Notes under the pieces: generated by a model
Database searches by the model: none
Told to the model about the DNA's origin: nothing
Seen by the model: the letters and a program-made list of their open reading frames with translations, nothing else
Made by a program: the position numbers and the translations under genes
Shown: one piece after another, positions 18,453 through 28,180 of the stretch
Numbering within the stretch: the stretch's first letter is position 1
Layout of the letters: each line of letters begins with the position of its first letter
DNA from: Candidatus Micrarchaeota archaeon
GTDB taxonomy: Archaea > Micrarchaeota > Micrarchaeia > Anstonellales > Bilamarchaeaceae
Assembly (NCBI GenBank): GCA_043821365.1
Contig: JBDRCX010000006.1
Span: 32,001 to 96,000, forward strand
Direction of reading: 5' to 3'
DNA: 64,000 nucleotides

Positions 18453-19973
18453 TCATGACTTTACCTCTAAAGATGCTGCTTCCTTATTGAGGTTGGTGTT
18501 TCTTGTTCCTCGGCTGAATAAAAGTAAACCTGCCTGTACTGCTGCAAGGGCCACAAGTGCTGGTTGGTAGAAAGTACCCAAAAGATCACTGCCAGTTGAT
18601 GTTAAAAACAACGCAGCATCTGCACCAAAACATACTGTAGCAGTTGCTATTTCGAATGTGTATGGTTTCAACCTCAAGTTAGACCACATTTCTGCAATGC
18701 CTCCTCGAGATATTGAATCAAGGATTTTTTGCTGAGTTTCCATTTTAACTGAAACCAACTTATTTCCTGATTTTCCATTGTGTGAATTTAGTGTTATTTC
18801 AACATCAGCTTTGACGCCTTTGATAGTAACTTGTTTTGAATACTGTTCTGTAATAACTAATCTGAATAGATCTGGTTTAGCACCTTTTTGATGAAGAACA
18901 AACTCGTATTGACCATCTTTTGCACCTTTGTATTCAAGATAGCACCCTGATGCTAGCCTTCTTTTTGATCCTGGAAGACCGAACGAATGTGGATAAGTTT
19001 TTTCACCCATTTTTGGTGGTTCTACTTTCTTTGGTTCGGGTTTTGGCTTAAGAGATTCTGCAATTGCTCTTACTATTCTTTTGTTATTTTTATTCATTAC
19101 AGATGAAAAACCATTTTGAGTTCTTCCGTTACACACCAACCAATCAATTACTTGTTTATCAGTGTGTTTGAAGTTTCTAGTTGTTGAAGCTTCAAGAACA
19201 ACAGCTGAAAATCTTGGTAAATAATATCTGATATTGGTTTCTGATGATTCTGTTTCGCCTAATTTTTGTTTTAAAAGTTCAACTGCACTTTCAGCTCTTG
19301 CAGTACCGAATGTTTTAAGTTGTCTTAAATATTTATCATTAAACTTGTGTGGTTTGTTAATATTGAAAAGATTAGAGTTATCTGCAAACAATCTACCGTC
19401 TTGATGGTAAAACCTAATTGATGTTTCTAAAGCAAGCCTAACAAGGTCTTCACTATATCCTGCTTTTTTTGCTGCTTCTGAAAATGCAACAATTGCAGCT
19501 TGGTATTTATCATTACTAAAATTGGCTCTTACAAAAACACCTTCTACCCATGTTTGAATAGCAGAAACTTTTGGTATTGGTGGTTTTTCAACAAATGCTG
19601 GGTCTCTTTCTGATGGTGCAAAATCTAATACATCGCCCAACTCAGAATATGCTGCTCTTGGTGGTTCTGCTGGCCCTGGTGCCACACCTGGTGCTTCCTC
19701 TCTGAATCTTGCTGGTGGCATTGAACCAAGATCAACTGAATGATCACCTGGTGGACTAAAACCATCTGCATGAACATCAGTTCTGTCTGGTTCTCTGACT
19801 GGTGGTCTTGGTTCAGCTACTGGTGGTTTTCCACCGGTTGGAGCATCTTCAATCAAACTAGGTCTAAGTACTGGCCTTGGTAAAACTGTGGTGTCAAGAA
19901 CTTTTCTTGCATCATCAAGTCTTCTTTTTGCTGCATCTCTTCCTGATGGTCCTACCTGTCCTCTTCCTGCCAT
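18453..19973 (-). CDS. Hypothetical protein: Pro-rich disordered N-terminus, globular core, two C-terminal TM helices
   Basis: 506-aa ORF; GGTGGTG SD; shares a base with the upstream stop codon. Confidence 0.8.
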   Translation of the reverse strand: MAGRGQVGPSGRDAAKRRLDDARKVLDTTVLPRPVLRPSLIEDAPTGGKPPVAEPRPPVREPDRTDVHADGFSPPGDHSVDLGSMPPARFREEAPGVAPGPAEPPRAAYSELGDVLDFAPSERDPAFVEKPPIPKVSAIQTWVEGVFVRANFSNDKYQAAIVAFSEAAKKAGYSEDLVRLALETSIRFYHQDGRLFADNSNLFNINKPHKFNDKYLRQLKTFGTARAESAVELLKQKLGETESSETNIRYYLPRFSAVVLEASTTRNFKHTDKQVIDWLVCNGRTQNGFSSVMNKNNKRIVRAIAESLKPKPEPKKVEPPKMGEKTYPHSFGLPGSKRRLASGCYLEYKGAKDGQYEFVLHQKGAKPDLFRLVITEQYSKQVTIKGVKADVEITLNSHNGKSGNKLVSVKMETQQKILDSISRGGIAEMWSNLRLKPYTFEIATATVCFGADAALFLTSTGSDLLGTFYQPALVALAAVQAGLLLFSRGTRNTNLNKEAASLEVKS

Positions 19974-21373
19974 TATGCACCACCTGAGTTAACTGAATCC
20001 CATTGGACAAGTACAAGCATTTCTGATGCTTTTGCCCTTACGGTTTCAGCTATTTGAGTTACCTCTTCTTTGAGTTTTGCGTTCTCTGGTTTATCAAGAT
20101 CAGTTAAAGAAACTCCTGCTTCTCTTGCAATAACTGCTTTAACTGAGCCTGGATCTTCAGTGAAAGATTCTAAAACTCCTTTCACTGTTTCAGCACCATA
20201 TTGAGATGCAATTGTAGTCACTGTATTAGTGTCCTCTCTTGCTGGTCTTCTGCTTTTGTCAGCTGACAAAGCACCAATAAGCAAGTTTGAAACAATTTGT
20301 AATGTAAACTGTCTTACTCCATTTGCACTTTCTGCATTTGTACCAAGTGCTCTATCAAGATCTTGTTCAAGCTGTGCTACTCTGCCTGCTAAACCATGAT
20401 CAGTTTTTTCTCCTTCTGCTGGCTCTGGTCCTTCAATTACATCAAAGATACCATCAACTGTTTTTCTAAGTTCAGCCATGAAAGGATCGACTATTCCTCT
20501 TAATTCTCTCCTGATTGTTCTGGCAACTTCACCAGTGACTTCTTCAACAGCTTCTGCTTTGAGTTGTTTTTTAAGATCTGGCAATACTCTGTCAAGAGCT
20601 GCTGCAACCATTGCTTCAAAATCAGGTTTTGCTTCTGGTTCTTGAACTACTGGAATTTGTCTTTCTGTATCTGGACCATCATCCATAGCTGGCATTTCTC
20701 TTTCTGGTTCTCGTTCTAAAAATGCTGGTCTTTCAACTGTATCTCTTGGACCAGCTGGTCTGTCTGCTAATGCATCTAAACCATCTGGAATTCCTGTAGC
20801 GTCTGGTTCTGGAACTTCAAATGGTGTACCTAGATCTCCAAAAGGATCAGAATCTAGATCAAAATCAGATGGTGGTGGTCTAGGAAGATCAGAAAATGCA
20901 TCACGAACTTCGTCGCTTGGCCCTAGATCTGAATAACCGTCTCCTGAATCAACAGATACAAGAGCACCCACATCTAAATCATCAAATGAACGTCCTCTAT
21001 CTTCTGGTTCTATTTCTGCAAGAACTTCAACTACTTCATCCGTTCCTTGACCATCTTGGTGATCTCTTGTTACTAAACTAGCTAAATCATCTTCTGGTGC
21101 GAGACCTGGACCATGTAATGTTGGTTCTTGATCAACTGAATCACCTTCAAGTGCTGGTGTTTCTTCTTGAACATCTGCAGCTTCACTTGGTAATTTTGCA
21201 TCACGTTCAACTACTGGTGCTTTTGGTTCAGCTGCTGGACCTTCTGTTAATCCAGCTCCAAGAACACCTGGTTTTAGTGGATCTGCAACTTTTTCAGGTG
21301 GTTTAGCTGCTCTTAATTTTGCTGCTTCCAATCTATCTTTCAAAGCTTGTCTTGGATCTGTCATCATAATCAC
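19973..21373 (-). CDS. Hypothetical highly acidic, Pro-rich protein with a helical C-terminal region
   Basis: 466-aa ORF; AGGTGA SD; overlaps both neighbours. Confidence 0.8.
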   Translation of the reverse strand: MIMMTDPRQALKDRLEAAKLRAAKPPEKVADPLKPGVLGAGLTEGPAAEPKAPVVERDAKLPSEAADVQEETPALEGDSVDQEPTLHGPGLAPEDDLASLVTRDHQDGQGTDEVVEVLAEIEPEDRGRSFDDLDVGALVSVDSGDGYSDLGPSDEVRDAFSDLPRPPPSDFDLDSDPFGDLGTPFEVPEPDATGIPDGLDALADRPAGPRDTVERPAFLEREPEREMPAMDDGPDTERQIPVVQEPEAKPDFEAMVAAALDRVLPDLKKQLKAEAVEEVTGEVARTIRRELRGIVDPFMAELRKTVDGIFDVIEGPEPAEGEKTDHGLAGRVAQLEQDLDRALGTNAESANGVRQFTLQIVSNLLIGALSADKSRRPAREDTNTVTTIASQYGAETVKGVLESFTEDPGSVKAVIAREAGVSLTDLDKPENAKLKEEVTQIAETVRAKASEMLVLVQWDSVNSGGA

Positions 21374-22818
21374 CTTTTAATATCTTCAACTGGTTCTGTG
21401 GTCTTTGCCACTCCTTCATAACTTGGCTTTAGCATTAATTCTGCTTGAGTCATTTCAGTCTCACTCAAATCTCTTCCAGCAGTTAGCATGTCAAATAATG
21501 CAGCAAGTTTTTGATCAACTACTTCAAATGCAGCTTTTACTGCACCTTCAACTCCACTTAATTGTTCTTGAACTCCTGCAACAGCTTCTTGTGCTTGTAC
21601 AAGCAAACCATTTGCTTGTTCAACAAGACCTTCTGCCCTGTCTGCTGCTTTTCTTGCTTCACTTGCTTCTCTTACAGCAGAACCTGCACTTCTTTTTGCA
21701 GTTCCAACTTCTGCTACAAGGTAGGCACTGAGTTCAGCTCCTGATAATGTTCTTTCTTCTCCATCGATTGTTACTCTGCATGTGAATACATCATCAACTG
21801 CTTTTCTTGTTTGTTCTGGTAATTCGAATTTTACTTTTTCTAAAGCATCAAACATATAGCCTAAAAGTTCAACACCCTTCTTTCTAACAGTTTTCAATTC
21901 ACCAGAACCATTATCTGGAACTTGAACAGTTGCACTGAATAGTTCATCCAATGAAACAGAAACAACACCTTTCATTACCATAGGATCTTGTAAATTATCA
22001 ACTTGTGCACATAGATATGCCAAAGCCTCTAATCCTTTCAATTGTTTAACTTCAGGTGTACCAAAATCAACTGAATGATCAACTGATTCGCCCATACCTT
22101 CAACAAGAACTTCTGTTCTGTCTGCTGGTTTTGATTGAACTGGACGATTAATTGTAATTGATTCTATTCCACTAACCATTTCTCCCAAAACTTCCATACC
22201 AACAACTTTATGTTCGCCACGCATTATTTCCAAACTTCCAATAGAACGAACAAGTTGTGCAACTGCTTCTGGTCCTTTTAGTTCTTCAGTACCAACAGCA
22301 ATAGATACTTCAGCTATTGCAGCAACAACAGAACTTATTTGTTCCAATGCTTCTGGTCCTTTTAGTTCTTTCTCACCAACAGTAATTGTAATTGAATCTA
22401 CCATTCCTTTCAAATCAGCTGCATCGCTTTGTGCTTTTTGTGCAGCGTCTGCAGCTTCAAGTGCTGAAGTTGCAGCTACTTCTGAATTTCCTCGAATCTC
22501 AACAGCAGCTTCAGATTGTTCTCCGATAAATCCTTCGAGCATATGACCTTGTTCTTCAACAAGTGTAGTAGCCTGAGTAAGTTTTCCTTTAGCTTCTTCA
22601 GCTGCTTCTTTAGCTCCCCGAGCATCTGCTCTAAGACCATCCAATTGAGCATCAACATTTCCTTTAACAGCATCCAGTCCTTCGACAAGCGCTGCACCTA
22701 CTGAACCAGTTTCACTACCAAGAACTTTACGAATATTTCTTTTTGCAACGTCTAAATCTGGTTGCCTAACTTCCTTTTTATCTGGAACCCCCGTACCTCT
22801 CTTCGTCAAACATATCAC
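21370..22818 (-). CDS. Hypothetical coiled-coil protein with about 6 internal repeats (xTxxxxxxxLKGxEAL)
   Basis: 482-aa ORF; GAGGTGAT SD; repeats ELKGPEAL, ELKGPEAV, VVGMEVL, LKGLEAL, KKGVELL, LSGAELS. Confidence 0.82.
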   Translation of the reverse strand: MICLTKRGTGVPDKKEVRQPDLDVAKRNIRKVLGSETGSVGAALVEGLDAVKGNVDAQLDGLRADARGAKEAAEEAKGKLTQATTLVEEQGHMLEGFIGEQSEAAVEIRGNSEVAATSALEAADAAQKAQSDAADLKGMVDSITITVGEKELKGPEALEQISSVVAAIAEVSIAVGTEELKGPEAVAQLVRSIGSLEIMRGEHKVVGMEVLGEMVSGIESITINRPVQSKPADRTEVLVEGMGESVDHSVDFGTPEVKQLKGLEALAYLCAQVDNLQDPMVMKGVVSVSLDELFSATVQVPDNGSGELKTVRKKGVELLGYMFDALEKVKFELPEQTRKAVDDVFTCRVTIDGEERTLSGAELSAYLVAEVGTAKRSAGSAVREASEARKAADRAEGLVEQANGLLVQAQEAVAGVQEQLSGVEGAVKAAFEVVDQKLAALFDMLTAGRDLSETEMTQAELMLKPSYEGVAKTTEPVEDIKR

Positions 22819-22965
22819 CTCATAGCGAAATATCTAAATGTGTGTTATGGTATATTTTAGTGGGGACCAATATTTAAATGTTTGTATTTGTTCAATTGTG
22901 GTGGTACTAAGACATTCTTCATGCCCCCAAACCATACAATACATTTCTAACAAAAACTAATAATA

Positions 22966-25158
22966 TCAAACTCGACGGAACATTAACGTCTTGTCATCAT
23001 CATTTTTACTTTCTCTTTCTTTACATGAACACATGGTTGGGAATTTTGTTATTCTTTCCCCATCTGGACCATCATTATTATCTGCTCTTCTTTCTTCTGC
23101 CATTGATATTAGAGCATCTCTTGCCATAGTCAAATCCCCAGAATAAAGATCTATTACATCAACAATTTCATGATTGCAAATCGGTACTCCGATTCCATCA
23201 CTATGCACAGCAATGATGTCACCTTTTTGTAGAACAAATGGTTGGTGATGATAAAGTCTACCATTTATATGAATATGAGCAGCACCATGACCTAATGCTG
23301 AACCGATTATATGATCTGGATAATTAAGTTCAACTTGTTTTTTTAGAACTGCTTCGTAAAATTCTTTTGTTTGTGTTTCATCAAGATCTCTTACTCGAAG
23401 TCCTCTTTCTTCAAATTCATTAGAGACCAATCCAAAAGCACCAACATAGTTAAAAGAGTGGCCAGCACTTTCAGCTACTATTTTACCACCACGAATTATT
23501 TTCCAATCACTATCCCCACAGTGAATTCCATAAAACTCATTTTCTTTTTGATAGGATATTGTTACTGTGGTCCCCATATTGTTTATTTGTCTTCTATCTA
23601 GTGTTTGTTTTGATGCTATCTGGTCCATAACCACTGCCAAGTCCATTGCAACAATAGTAGCACGCACATCTTCTGGAGTTGATATCCAGCCCGCAGCAGA
23701 TGCAATCTCAAAAACTTCTTTTGCAATTTCACTTGCTCTGCTGCCACCGCCATGTCCACCCATACCATCAAAAACTGCATCAAGATAGACTAGTTTACCA
23801 TCAGGAAGAGTTACTCTGGCTGATGAGAAATTATCCTCACACTCTTTTGGAGTACCATCACGACATCTTTTTGCTTTCATACTTGTGTTTTTGTAAGTTA
23901 TTGAACCATAAACCTGGTGATTGAAGCCAAGAAACGAAGAGAAAACACTAAATTCTGCCTGTCTTAGTGCAGCTTGCCTAAGTGCACTCAGTTGCATTGT
24001 TTCTCCAAAAGCAGCAATATCAAGCAGTAGTTGTTGATGATAATTTTGTTGATAAACTGGATGTAAAAAAGCACGTTCTAAATTTCCCACTACTTCCGAA
24101 GGGATTCTTCTTGCATTAGAATAACTTGGAACCAACCTTGTTGATAAACCATGTTGTTCTCTTTCATATTTACCCTCAAGTTGTGGTGTTTGCGTCAGCA
24201 AATCAACCAAACCAGTTTCTTCTCTTGTGAACCTAGGGGCATCTTCAAATCGAATTTTGTGAGCTAATGAAGCAAGAGTCCTAAGGTCTAAAACATTTCT
24301 ACTATGAAATTGGAATCGCTCTGCAATTGGTGTGTTGAACCAAAGATCGTGTGTTGAATTGTATTTGAACACAGTATTCTTATGTGCCATTGTTGCAGCA
24401 TTTGTATCAACCAATAGACCTTTGCCTTTTTTTGCTTGTATAAGTATTTGTACTCCTTCAACCCTTTCCATCCATCGTATAACTGCAATTGTTCTTTCAT
24501 TTAATTTTCCTTTTCCAGATATTGCATCTGCAACAGATTGAAAATCAGAAGCAGAAGGATATGCCTTGCTCCAAAAATCAGAAAGTGCAGCATTATTTCC
24601 ATCTAACCATGCATGAAATAATTCAAGTTTTAGTGCAGTTTCTGGTAAACAAACATCAGTAAGATTCTTGAATCTCGGTGCATTTGGTCCAAGTGATTCC
24701 ATTGGCATTAAATAAAATGAATCAAGTTGAAAAGAATCTTCCATTGCCAGTGCTTCCAATCTTTTAGTTGGAGTTCCTGGAATAAGATCGCATTTGTCAT
24801 AAATAGAACGAACAGCCAGACGAACTTCCTGTACTCTGTGCTGACCATCTTGTTTTTCCCACATTCCTGCAACTAAAAGCTGCATTCTCAAATCCCTAAT
24901 TCCAGGATGCATTGCAAGGAACTCATTGAATCTTGATTGATCTAATTCACCAACTGATATTCTCAAAGCTAATGAAATCGCATCTCTTTCTCTCACATTT
25001 AATTCATTGAAAAGCATTTCTTCTCTTGAAGTTATTTTTGATCTTAGTTCAAGTGTTGGTAGACCCATCCTATCAGCTAAACCTTTGGTAATATCTTTAG
25101 GAATAGCTCTGGTATGTAGCTGACGTGAAAGTAAAGTTTGTGGGTTAATCTCGGCCAT
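22966..25158 (-). CDS. Large protein with a C-terminal PP2C/PPM-type phosphatase domain
   Basis: ECEDN, AVFDGMGGHGGG, MGTT, HCGDS, HSDG, NDDDKT; N-terminal ~430 aa unrecognised. Confidence 0.85.
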   Translation of the reverse strand: MAEINPQTLLSRQLHTRAIPKDITKGLADRMGLPTLELRSKITSREEMLFNELNVRERDAISLALRISVGELDQSRFNEFLAMHPGIRDLRMQLLVAGMWEKQDGQHRVQEVRLAVRSIYDKCDLIPGTPTKRLEALAMEDSFQLDSFYLMPMESLGPNAPRFKNLTDVCLPETALKLELFHAWLDGNNAALSDFWSKAYPSASDFQSVADAISGKGKLNERTIAVIRWMERVEGVQILIQAKKGKGLLVDTNAATMAHKNTVFKYNSTHDLWFNTPIAERFQFHSRNVLDLRTLASLAHKIRFEDAPRFTREETGLVDLLTQTPQLEGKYEREQHGLSTRLVPSYSNARRIPSEVVGNLERAFLHPVYQQNYHQQLLLDIAAFGETMQLSALRQAALRQAEFSVFSSFLGFNHQVYGSITYKNTSMKAKRCRDGTPKECEDNFSSARVTLPDGKLVYLDAVFDGMGGHGGGSRASEIAKEVFEIASAAGWISTPEDVRATIVAMDLAVVMDQIASKQTLDRRQINNMGTTVTISYQKENEFYGIHCGDSDWKIIRGGKIVAESAGHSFNYVGAFGLVSNEFEERGLRVRDLDETQTKEFYEAVLKKQVELNYPDHIIGSALGHGAAHIHINGRLYHHQPFVLQKGDIIAVHSDGIGVPICNHEIVDVIDLYSGDLTMARDALISMAEERRADNNDGPDGERITKFPTMCSCKERESKNDDDKTLMFRRV

Positions 25159-25231
25159 TTTATCCCTTGTTTCTATGTATGTATTTTTGTGGGTATGTAT
25201 TTTTAAATAAACCTTTTATGAAAATGGAAAA

Positions 25232-25936
25232 TTATGTTAATGAGATTTGAAATAGAGTTCCAACAAAATAGCCAGTTAAAGCAGCTGCACCACCAATAAG
25301 CATCAACTCAATCCCACCATGAAGCCATTTGCCCGAGGTTAAATGACTTTTATATGCACCAAAAACAAATAGAAAAACAATGCTTATTATCAAACTTAGT
25401 ATAATTGAAAAATTCACTGAAAAGAAAAAGAATGGGGCAATAGGTATCAAAGATCCGATAATTGCACTGACTCCGACAATCAAACTTTGTTTCAAAGGAG
25501 ACATACTTTCCCTTGGATCTTCAAGTTTTAGCTCATCCCGCATCATTGTTTTAAGCCAGACTTTTCTATTTGAAACAATTTTGTCAACAACTTGATTCAA
25601 TAGTTTCCCTGAGAAACCTTTTTCTTTATATATCTCAGCTATTTCTTCACGTTCTTTATCTGGAAGATTTTCCATTTCCCAGATTTCTCTTGCTATTTCT
25701 GCTTCATAATGTTCAACTTCTGCACGTGCAGATGTATATGCAACTGCCGCCATGCTTACACTCTCTGCAAATGTTGCAGCAAGACCAGCAAGAAGAACAA
25801 GCTGAGTTGATTGAGTTGCAACCGCCACACCCAAAAGAATACCAAGAACATTGACAAGACCATCCTGGCCACCTAGAATAAGATTTCTGAAAAGTTCTCC
25901 TCGACCAGTTCGATGTTGCTCAATATGTTCTAACAT
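25232..25936 (-). CDS. VIT1/CCC1 family iron/manganese transporter
   Basis: LILGGQDGLV, AESVSMAAVAY, EIWEMENLPDKEREEI, MMRDELK. Confidence 0.93.
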   Translation of the reverse strand: MLEHIEQHRTGRGELFRNLILGGQDGLVNVLGILLGVAVATQSTQLVLLAGLAATFAESVSMAAVAYTSARAEVEHYEAEIAREIWEMENLPDKEREEIAEIYKEKGFSGKLLNQVVDKIVSNRKVWLKTMMRDELKLEDPRESMSPLKQSLIVGVSAIIGSLIPIAPFFFFSVNFSIILSLIISIVFLFVFGAYKSHLTSGKWLHGGIELMLIGGAAALTGYFVGTLFQISLT

Positions 25937-26010
25937 ACAAAATCAATATAGTATATTACGATTAAAAAGATATCAAATTTTTCAGAATGAAAAATTCATC
26001 AACAAAAAAT

Positions 26011-26100
26011 GGACTTGTTGTGAACTTCCAACTGAACGACGAATCGTTCAGTGGACCATAGAACGAATACTTCGTTCTGTAGGTCGTTCACTTCTCGTCC
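26011..26100. other. 90-bp Y-shaped (three-way junction) inverted-repeat element
   Basis: GGAC/GTCC and GTGAAC/GTTCAC closing stems; hairpins 26031-26052 (9 bp) and 26054-26085 (14 bp with a bulge). Confidence 0.7.
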
Positions 26101-26147
26101 AAATTTCTTGAGTATAGCTAATAGAAGAACAAAAATAAAATGAAATT

Positions 26148-26407
26148 TGGACTTGAGGGGACTCGCACCCCTGGCCTCTCCGATTTTCTATTTACCATGA
26201 AATTGATAATTGCATGGCCGCATTGAACAGAGTCCAATAGCGTAGATATGCGAACGGAGCGCTCTGCTTCCCGCTTTTAGGAAAAGCGGGACCAAACCCC
26301 GCAGTTCATAAAAGATAATGCTCCAACCTTTTTCCTAAAAAGGTTGGACCAAAAACTAATTTTTGATCCAAACTTTTTTTCAAAAAGTTTGGCTGAGCTA
26401 CAAGCCC
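26148..26407 (-). tRNA. tRNA-Ala(CGC) with a 65-nt canonical 37/38 intron and a ~122-nt D-loop insertion
   Basis: Acceptor GGGCTTG/CAAGTCC-A with G3:U70; anticodon arm CTCCG-TTCGCA|T-CGGAG (anticodon 26252-26250); intron 26184-26248 with a relaxed BHB; T-arm AGGGG-TGCGAGT-CCCCT; 127 nt (26266-26392) between G15 and A21. Confidence 0.85.
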
Positions 26408-26450
26408 TTCTGATAAATAATTAGGAGAAGATAATTAAGACTTATCTAAG

Positions 26451-28079
26451 TCAATACATTGGTTGGGTTGCTTCACCATAATCTTTTGCCCACCTGTCAG
26501 CCATATTGGACAAATGCCTCTCAACTCTATCCCAAACTAATTGATATTGTTCTTGTAAATAATCACTACAACCATATTCTACTGAACCAAACTTAAATTC
26601 AGACATTTTATTGATCATAAATTTTGCATATCTAAGAAGAGTACTAACTTCTCTCTCAGTAAGATCATACTCTTGCTTTAGTCTTCGTCTTTCATTATCT
26701 GGAATTTCTGTTTGTCCATTTGGTAGAGTCAATAGACTATCAATAGCAAAATCAAGAGCATGCTGGAGTTGACTATACCTTCTATCAAATAATAGAGAAT
26801 CAGCACTAACTATTCTCATAGGAAGGTGTTCTTCCAGAGGCAGTTCATGACCATTTGAACAAATGCCCTGTAGAAATCGATTTACATCTGAATATCTTTC
26901 TGTTCTCATAAGACGATAAATCCTATAAAGTCCTGCATTTAATTCAAATAATGGACTTGATGGATCATCATGCAAACCAAGAATTCTTTGCCTACGAGCA
27001 CCGTATTGTAAATCAAACATGATAGTATCATTTGAACGAGCTTCTCTGGCTCCTTGTATTTGGCGCTTTTCTGCTGCAGAAACTGCATAATTTGAATAGT
27101 CCAATAATGGTGTAAGCAACCATGACTGTTCACTGTCTAATAGACCTGCTTTAAGTGGTGCTCCAACCTCATTAATTCCAGCAGGATTTTTTGGTTGTAA
27201 ATATTTCAAAAATAAACCATCATCAGTAATTGCAATGCAAAGATAGTACCTTGCATTAGAAACAACAAGATTAAGGTGGTAACCATAGGCCCCTTCTTTT
27301 GAATTGCCAGACCACCAAAAGGACACTAGACGATCTATACCATCACCAGGCTCTGCAAATGTTAAGCTGCTTATTCCTTCTCTCATAGAATCCTGAATAT
27401 CTTCTTCTGTCCTGAGGATAAGAGTATGCGCAACTGCCTGTCCGTCTTTGGTTTTTGCAACTGCATTTATACCAAAAGTTTCCAATTTTGTGTAGCCTCC
27501 TTTCAGAGTATAAACAATTGGAGCATCATGGTAAACTCTATCAATAATATTTTGGATATCAAAATGGAAATTCTGTAAATGCTCCCCATCTCTTTGTGAA
27601 CCTTTCCAAAAAATATTATGATATATAGAAAATCCAGCAAACCTACGCCAGCATTCTTGCGATTTTGAACGATAGGCAAAAACTAATCTTGTTTCATTAT
27701 TCTGATGGACGTAAACTGGAACTGCTTCATACCCAACATTAATTGGACTGCCAACACCAACCCACCCATCCTGAATTTTAACCATTTCACGTATTTTGAA
27801 TGGCTCTTTGTTTCTTCTTATTATAGCTTCTATATGTCTTGCATGACGGTCAATTAAATTTGCTGCAATTGAACGTTTATCAGATTGAACACGCCACAAT
27901 GAAGCATCACGATCAAATAAAGAGAATTTTGGAATGTCACCAACACGAAAAGGTTTTGCATCAACTTGCCTTCTGATCGGATCCGAATATGGTAACCCCA
28001 GCTTATCAGCAAGAGAACGTGCTAATGCTGAGGGATTAAGATCTCTAGATTTATAGTTTAATCTGACTACCATATACAA
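26451..28079 (-). CDS. Hypothetical protein
   Basis: 542-aa ORF; no recognised motif. Confidence 0.75.
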   Translation of the reverse strand: MYMVVRLNYKSRDLNPSALARSLADKLGLPYSDPIRRQVDAKPFRVGDIPKFSLFDRDASLWRVQSDKRSIAANLIDRHARHIEAIIRRNKEPFKIREMVKIQDGWVGVGSPINVGYEAVPVYVHQNNETRLVFAYRSKSQECWRRFAGFSIYHNIFWKGSQRDGEHLQNFHFDIQNIIDRVYHDAPIVYTLKGGYTKLETFGINAVAKTKDGQAVAHTLILRTEEDIQDSMREGISSLTFAEPGDGIDRLVSFWWSGNSKEGAYGYHLNLVVSNARYYLCIAITDDGLFLKYLQPKNPAGINEVGAPLKAGLLDSEQSWLLTPLLDYSNYAVSAAEKRQIQGAREARSNDTIMFDLQYGARRQRILGLHDDPSSPLFELNAGLYRIYRLMRTERYSDVNRFLQGICSNGHELPLEEHLPMRIVSADSLLFDRRYSQLQHALDFAIDSLLTLPNGQTEIPDNERRRLKQEYDLTEREVSTLLRYAKFMINKMSEFKFGSVEYGCSDYLQEQYQLVWDRVERHLSNMADRWAKDYGEATQPMY

Positions 28080-28180
28080 ACCTTCTGTTATTATCTATGT
28101 ATATTAATGTAGAAAGAGTTTTTAAATATGTTCTAACTTGGGTTTTTATATATTAGCATATAATTTCTCGTAAGATTCTA

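Noticed and set aside
21405-22704. Leu/Gln-rich or Phe/Ser-rich ORFs antisense to or overlapping long genes (here and throughout the window)
   Set aside because: Typical shadow ORFs arising from the strong codon bias of the real genes
26010-26155. attL/attR pair from the TGGACTTG duplication of the tRNA 3' end
   Set aside because: Only 8 bp of identity, 138 bp apart, and no integrase; kept only as part of the Y-element finding
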